Source: an uncultured Gammaproteobacteria bacterium (GTDB taxonomy: Bacteria > Patescibacteriota > Patescibacteriia > UBA1558 > S5-K13). Taken from it: 64,000 nt of DNA. This document shows positions 59,254-64,000 of the stretch, piece after piece (position 1 is the stretch's first letter; the number at the start of each line of letters is the position of its first letter). Where the stretch lies: positions 112,396 through 176,395 of the forward strand of contig CAYRHT010000003.1 in NCBI GenBank assembly GCA_964424195.1, given 5' to 3'. Below the pieces are notes generated by a model. The model saw only the letters and a list, made by a program, of their open reading frames with translations. It did no database searches and was not told the DNA's origin. Both the position numbers and the translations under genes were made by a program.

Positions 59254-60354
59254 ATGAAAATAGCATATATTGGACAGAAAGGAATGCCAATGACTCAAGG
59301 TGGTGTTGAAGCTCATGTTGAGAACTTGGCTTTAGAAATGGCTCAAAAAGGTCATGATGTTTTTGTTTACACTAGAGCTAATTATACTAATCCAAAATTA
59401 AAAGAATATCAAGGAGTTCAATTAATCTCTTTGCCAAGTATTAAAACCAAACATCTTGATGCTATTAGTCATACCTTTTTTGCTTCTCTCCATGCTTTAT
59501 TCCAAGGCTATGATATTATTCACTATCATGCTGTTGGTCCATCATTATTTTCCTTTATACCTAGACTATTCTCTAGAGCTAAAATCATTGGAACTTTTCA
59601 TTGTATAGATAGGTTTCATCAGAAATGGAATAAATTTGCTCAAATGATTTTAAAACTAGGAGAATGGGCTATTTGTAAATTCCCACATACTACCATATCT
59701 GTTAGTCCTCATATTCAAAAATATTGTTTAGAGAAGTATAATCAAGAAACACTATTTATTCCTAATGGTTTTAAGATCAAGCAAAATTCTAATGATGATA
59801 TTTTAAAAACATATAATTTAACTCCTCAGAAATACTTCTTAGCTGTCTCTCGAATTATTAAACATAAAGGTTTACATTATTTAATAGAAGCTTTTCAGAA
59901 GTTAAATAATCCAGAGTATAAATTAGTGATTGTCGGAGATACTTTCCATGATCAAAAATACAAAGAATATTTAAAAGAAATTTCTCAGAATCAAGAGAAT
60001 ATAGTTTTTACAGGGATTCAAAGCGGAGAATCATTAAATCAATTATTTACTAAAGCTTTTACATTTGTTTTACCATCAGAGGATGAAGGGCTTTCTATAA
60101 CCCTTTTAGAGGCTGTAGCTCATCAATTACCAGTAATTGCTAGTAATATTGAAGCTAATGCTCATTTAACAGAGAAAGGGTTGGTATATAGCTTTAAGAA
60201 CAAGAATGTTGATGATTTAAAAGATAAAATGCAATATGTTTTAGATAATCTAGAAGATAACCAAAGAATGCTTAGTAAAGCATATGATTATGTTAAAGAT
60301 AATTTTTCTTGGAATCATATAGCTAATCAAATAGATCAAGTTTATAATAATTAA
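59254..60354 (+). CDS. Glycosyltransferase family 4
   Basis: N-terminal TQGGVEAHV, C-terminal EDEGLSITLLEAVAHQLPVIASN. Confidence 0.85.
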   Translation: MKIAYIGQKGMPMTQGGVEAHVENLALEMAQKGHDVFVYTRANYTNPKLKEYQGVQLISLPSIKTKHLDAISHTFFASLHALFQGYDIIHYHAVGPSLFSFIPRLFSRAKIIGTFHCIDRFHQKWNKFAQMILKLGEWAICKFPHTTISVSPHIQKYCLEKYNQETLFIPNGFKIKQNSNDDILKTYNLTPQKYFLAVSRIIKHKGLHYLIEAFQKLNNPEYKLVIVGDTFHDQKYKEYLKEISQNQENIVFTGIQSGESLNQLFTKAFTFVLPSEDEGLSITLLEAVAHQLPVIASNIEANAHLTEKGLVYSFKNKNVDDLKDKMQYVLDNLEDNQRMLSKAYDYVKDNFSWNHIANQIDQVYNN

Positions 60355-60374
60355 AATAAAACACAGGAGGAAAG

Positions 60375-60794
60375 ATGAAAATTATATTGATAGTTTTTTT
60401 GATTTTAATAAGTCTAATCCTAAATACTGAAAATACGGAAGATAAGGAAGCTCTTCGTAAAGCAATGTTAGGAGATCATAGAATTATTTATGATCAAGAA
60501 GAAGCTCCAAAACTGTCTAAGTCAAAATCTGAAGTCCAAGAATTAATTGAACAAAAAGAAAAACAGATTCTTAAGAAAGAAAAAGAAATTGAAATCTTAA
60601 AATCTGAAATTGCTCAATTAAAAAAACAAGATCAAACTTCTGATTCTGATTCGTCAGAAGGAAATTATTACCCAGAGATAAGTAATCATGAAAATGAAGA
60701 AAGTACTCTTTCTCAAGAATTAAAACTTACTAGAGAAAGAAGAATCAATGCTGAAAATGAATTAAAGGAACTTTATGAATTATTAAACAAGTAG
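60375..60794 (+). CDS. Small secreted coiled-coil protein
   Basis: Signal peptide or TM helix followed by heptad-like K/E-rich sequence. GGAGG RBS. Confidence 0.45.
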   Translation: MKIILIVFLILISLILNTENTEDKEALRKAMLGDHRIIYDQEEAPKLSKSKSEVQELIEQKEKQILKKEKEIEILKSEIAQLKKQDQTSDSDSSEGNYYPEISNHENEESTLSQELKLTRERRINAENELKELYELLNK

Positions 60795-60807
60795 AAGATA
60801 AAAAAGT

Positions 60808-60838
60808 AGCCATGTTATTTATACACATGGCTTTTTTT
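60808..60838 (+). terminator. Intrinsic terminator followed by the secD promoter (TTGACA at 60841)
   Basis: AGCCATG / CATGGCT stem plus TTTTTTT. Confidence 0.65.
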
Positions 60839-60901
60839 ATTGACATTAAAGAATAAATAATATATTATTTTACTATTGATTTTTAAAGAATTTAAATACT
60901 T

Positions 60902-62590
60902 ATGTCTAAAACTAACAAAACTAGATTCACCTTTTTATTCATTATTGTCTTAACAGCTTTGACTGTGATGACAGTATATCCTAAGCTACCAGATAATTTT
61001 CCGGGTAGTTCTTTTTTTAGTAAATTTACTCCTCATTTAGGACTTGATTTACAAGGGGGAGCTCATTTAGTATATGAAGCTAACTTAGAAGCTATTGATA
61101 GCTTAGATAAAGCTTCATCTTTAAATGGAGCTAGAGATGTTATTGAAAAAAGAGTGAATACCTTTGGAGTGGCTGAACCAGTAGTTCAAATCAGTGGTAA
61201 TAACAGAATTATCATTGAATTAGCTGGAGTCTTTGATATTAAAGAAGCAATCTCTCTAATTGGAGAAACTCCACTTTTAGAATTTAAAGAACCTGGTAAT
61301 CAAGAATTGAGCGAAGAAGGAAAAAATGAAATAATAAATATAAATTTAGAAAAAGAAGTGTTAGCTCAAGGAATTTTAGAAAGAGTAAAAAATGGAGAAG
61401 ATTTTGCTAGTTTAGCTTCAGAGTTTAGTGAAGACCCAGGGTCTAAAAATAATGCTGGAATTATTGATTTTGTAAACAGAGAAGTATTGGCTCCAGAATA
61501 TGCTAATGCTATCTTTGATACTTTAAAAGATGGAGAAGTTACTAATGAATTAGTAGAAACTCAATATGGTTATCATATTATTAAAAAACTTGAAGAAAGA
61601 ATGTCTGATGATCCTATTGATCCTGCAACAGCTACAACACCCGTTAGAGAAGTTAAATCTCAACATATTCTTTTTATGATTCAACCTTTAGAGGGTCAAT
61701 TTGTTTGGCAGAATACTGAATTAGGTGGAAAACAATTAAAAGTATCTAATGTTCTTTTTGATAATACTACTGGTAATGTTCAAATTGGTTTAGATTTTGA
61801 TAGTGAAGGTAAAGAAATGTTTGCTGAAATTACTGCTCGAAATATTGGTCAACCAGTTGGTATCTTTCTAGACGGTGATTTAGTAACCATGCCAACAGTT
61901 AATGAAGAGATTAGAGATGGTAGCGCTGTTATCACTGGTAGTTTTAATTTAAATGAAGCTAAAGAAATATCTCAAAGATTAAATGCTGGTGCTTTACCAG
62001 TTCCAGTTAATTTAATTTCTCAACAAACTGTTGGAGCAACTCTTGGTCAAATATCTTTAGAGAAATCATTATTCGCTGGTTTGATTGGTTTAATTATCCT
62101 AGCTCTATTCATGATTATCTATTATCGTTTACCAGGATTATTAGCAGTTTTAGCTTTAAGTATTTATGCTTCAGTATCTTTAGCAGTTTTTGAATTAATT
62201 CCAGTTACTTTAACATTGTCTGGTATTGCTGGTTTCATATTGTCAGTGGGAATGGCTGTTGATGCTAATGTTTTAATATTTGAAAGATTTAAAGAAGAGT
62301 TAAGAGATGGAAAGATACTATCAATTGCTATTGAAGAAGGATTTCAAAGAGCTTGGACATCAATTAGAGATTCAAATGTTTCTTCTCTAATCACTTGCTT
62401 TATCCTGTATGCTTTTGGAGCTAGTATGGTTAAAGGTTTTGCTTTAACTCTAGGTATTGGTATTTTTGTCTCTATGTTTAGTGCTGTAGTTATCACTAGA
62501 AACTTCTTAAGAATAATGACTAACCCTAAGATGGATAAATATCTTTGGTTATTTGGTGTAAATAAAAAAAATAATTTAGAAAATAAATAA
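60902..62590 (+). CDS. secD: Protein translocase subunit SecD with an embedded parvulin-type PPIase-like segment
   Basis: SecD N-terminus (TM helix, LGLDLQGGAHLVYEA), P1 head and C-terminal 6-TM domain. The inserted segment (~61330-61710) contains FASLASEFSEDPGS...GYHIIK, the parvulin hallmark. Confidence 0.9.
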   Translation: MSKTNKTRFTFLFIIVLTALTVMTVYPKLPDNFPGSSFFSKFTPHLGLDLQGGAHLVYEANLEAIDSLDKASSLNGARDVIEKRVNTFGVAEPVVQISGNNRIIIELAGVFDIKEAISLIGETPLLEFKEPGNQELSEEGKNEIININLEKEVLAQGILERVKNGEDFASLASEFSEDPGSKNNAGIIDFVNREVLAPEYANAIFDTLKDGEVTNELVETQYGYHIIKKLEERMSDDPIDPATATTPVREVKSQHILFMIQPLEGQFVWQNTELGGKQLKVSNVLFDNTTGNVQIGLDFDSEGKEMFAEITARNIGQPVGIFLDGDLVTMPTVNEEIRDGSAVITGSFNLNEAKEISQRLNAGALPVPVNLISQQTVGATLGQISLEKSLFAGLIGLIILALFMIIYYRLPGLLAVLALSIYASVSLAVFELIPVTLTLSGIAGFILSVGMAVDANVLIFERFKEELRDGKILSIAIEEGFQRAWTSIRDSNVSSLITCFILYAFGASMVKGFALTLGIGIFVSMFSAVVITRNFLRIMTNPKMDKYLWLFGVNKKNNLENK

Positions 62591-62591
62591 T

Positions 62592-63596
62592 ATGTATCAT
62601 TTTAATATAATCAACAAGACTAAAACTTGGTATACAATCTCTGGAGCTTTAATTATCCTAAGTATTGCTAGTCTTTTAATCTTTGGCTTAAATTTAGGAA
62701 TAGATTTTACTGGTGGTTCTATGCTTGATATTGAATTTAATGAAATCAATCGACCAAGTATTAATGAAGTAGAGGAGTCTTTAAGTAGTTTTGAATTAAC
62801 TAATTTAAAAGTTCAACCAACTGGAGAAAAAGGATACATTATTCGAATGCAAAATATTGATGAAGAAACTCATCAAGCTATTCTTAGTGCTTTAAATGAT
62901 AGCTTTACTACTACTGAAGATAATAAAGAAGAAAAGAATGAAGATTTAGAAATAGTTCAAGTTGAAGGTAGTGGAGAAATAGAAATAAATGGTGCTGTAA
63001 TAGAAGAAACAAATACAGTTATTGAAAAGAGATTTGATTCTATTGGTCCAGTTATTGGCGAAGAATTAAAAGAAAAATCTATTTGGGCTATGTTAATTGT
63101 TTTAATTGCTATTGTTCTTTACATTGCTTATGTCTTTAGAAAAGTATCTAAACCAGTAGAGTCTTGGAAATATGGTATTTCAGCTATTGCTGCTTTAGCA
63201 CATGATGTAATTATCATTATGGGTATCTTTAGTATTCTAGGATACTTCCTGGGGGCTGAAATTGATGCTTTCTTTATCTCAGCTCTTTTAACTATTCTTG
63301 GTTTCTCAGTTAATGATACTATTGTTACTTTTGACAGAGTTAGAGAGAATCTACATAAGAAACAACATTTAACTTTTAAGGAATTAATTAATACTAGTAT
63401 TAACGAAACATTAACTCGATCAATTAACACTTCTTTAACTACTTTCATTGTCCTCTTATCAGTATTTATCTTTGGTGGTGGAACAATTAGATTCTTTGTC
63501 TTAGCTCTAATTTTAGGTGTAATTATTGGAACCTACTCTTCTATCTTTATTGCTTCTCCCTTATTACTATTCTGGTACAAGAGAAAGTATAACTAA
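62592..63596 (+). CDS. secF: Protein translocase subunit SecF
   Basis: GIDFTGGSMLDIEF and the C-terminal 6-TM SecDF membrane domain. Confidence 0.9.
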   Translation: MYHFNIINKTKTWYTISGALIILSIASLLIFGLNLGIDFTGGSMLDIEFNEINRPSINEVEESLSSFELTNLKVQPTGEKGYIIRMQNIDEETHQAILSALNDSFTTTEDNKEEKNEDLEIVQVEGSGEIEINGAVIEETNTVIEKRFDSIGPVIGEELKEKSIWAMLIVLIAIVLYIAYVFRKVSKPVESWKYGISAIAALAHDVIIIMGIFSILGYFLGAEIDAFFISALLTILGFSVNDTIVTFDRVRENLHKKQHLTFKELINTSINETLTRSINTSLTTFIVLLSVFIFGGGTIRFFVLALILGVIIGTYSSIFIASPLLLFWYKRKYN

Positions 63597-63617
63597 AATT
63601 ATTTAAATATTCTATTA

Positions 63618-63644
63618 AAATCAACCTTAATGGTTGATTTTTTA
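63618..63644 (+). terminator. Intrinsic terminator after secF
   Basis: AAATCAACC / GGTTGATTT 9-bp stem plus a T-run. Followed by the promoter TTGACA-N17-TATGAT (63656-63684). Confidence 0.7.
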
Positions 63645-63714
63645 TTTCAATTTCCTTGACAAATATCAAAAAATAAAGTATGATGAACAGTTATAAAATA
63701 TATAGGAGGATAGC

Positions 63715-64000
63715 ATGAAATATACAAAAAAAATACCGTCTGAAGTCGAAGAAGAAATCAAAAAATTAGGAAAAGGAGAAGTGTTTGAATGGAAAGATCC
63801 TATTACTGGTATAACTTTAATACATAAAAAAAGTAAAAGTAATGGTTCTAAATTGAAAGTATCAGATTTAGGAATTAGTATTCCTAACAATCCTACAGCA
63901 GAAGTAGTATTATTCCGCTTTTTCAACAATAGCGGACTCTTTATTGAAGATGTAGTTGCTGAAGATTTTATCTCAGAAGGTATTACTACTATTACTGATG
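63715..64000 (+). CDS. Hypothetical protein (partial, 3' end outside the window)
   Basis: AGGAGGA RBS 4 nt upstream of the ATG at 63715. Open to the window edge. The antisense ORF 63666..63929 is rejected. Confidence 0.45.
   Translation, partial: MKYTKKIPSEVEEEIKKLGKGEVFEWKDPITGITLIHKKSKSNGSKLKVSDLGISIPNNPTAEVVLFRFFNNSGLFIEDVVAEDFISEGITTITD

Noticed and set aside
1-64000. CRISPR arrays, rRNA genes, transposases, integrases and prophage genes
   Set aside because: No regularly spaced direct repeats, no rRNA-like conserved blocks and no recombinase or transposase signatures were found. The only sizeable direct repeats (35171-35216 and 38641-38686) are promoter/leader modules oriented with their own genes, not IS termini or att sites derived from the tRNA.
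1-64000. Alternative genetic code (UGA recoding, as in Gracilibacteria or Mollicutes)
   Set aside because: Housekeeping genes (cysS, glmS, dnaX, secD) are full length and uninterrupted under the standard bacterial code.

Overview
Low-GC (~30%) bacterial chromosomal window read with the standard code (code 11); all long ORFs are intact without stop-codon reassignment. About 65 protein genes and 2 tRNAs are called. No rRNA, CRISPR array, transposase or integrase was seen. 

Layout: (i) 1-20.3 kb is a large cell-surface glycan locus on both strands. It holds at least 9 GT-B glycosyltransferases. It holds a UDP-xylose synthase (UXS) fused to a half-GT domain. It holds three SAM methyltransferases, two of them with N-terminal zinc ribbons. 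It holds a CDP-glycerol module: a TagD-like cytidylyltransferase plus two CDP-alcohol phosphatidyltransferase-family membrane proteins. It also holds a FemAB-like protein, a Wzx-type flippase, an NAD-dependent sugar epimerase and the initiating polyprenyl-phosphate sugar phosphotransferase. Its genes are tightly coupled (ATGA overlaps). (ii) 20.4-34 kb holds housekeeping genes: tRNA-Glu, Dus, CysS, CorA, DnaX and a DEAD-box helicase. Mixed in are an orphan T4SS-type (VirB4/VirD4/HerA-like) membrane ATPase, a secreted FN3-repeat protein and a three-gene operon of small membrane proteins that includes a TspO-like protein. (iii) 34.2-38.7 kb shows a ~50-nt promoter/leader module in three copies. 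Each copy drives a small (99-103 aa) protein; two are recognisable paralogs. The copies bracket tRNA-Gln and a cassette of a Pif1-family helicase, an unknown 162-aa protein and an SPL/COG1533-type radical-SAM enzyme. (iv) 39-47 kb holds housekeeping genes: NUDIX, SpoU/TrmH methyltransferase, RlmH, SuhB, a GCS2-family ligase and GlmS. (v) 47.1-60.4 kb is an envelope and polysaccharide block. Two tandem secreted proteins carry T9SS (Por) C-terminal sorting domains behind duplicated promoters. A DUF4012-like protein and a Wzz/PCP-like protein follow. Then comes a signal-peptide protein with a beta-barrel-like C-terminal half, translationally coupled to two lipoproteins. A Wzy/O-antigen-ligase-family protein and two GT4 enzymes close the block. 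(vi) SecD carrying an embedded parvulin-type PPIase segment, and SecF. 

Near-consensus sigma70 promoters (TTGACA-N17-TATAAT-like) and canonical intrinsic terminators are unusually easy to see throughout. Lineage is ambiguous: small-genome, CPR-like gene content, but T9SS-type sorting domains that are typical of diderm FCB-group bacteria.
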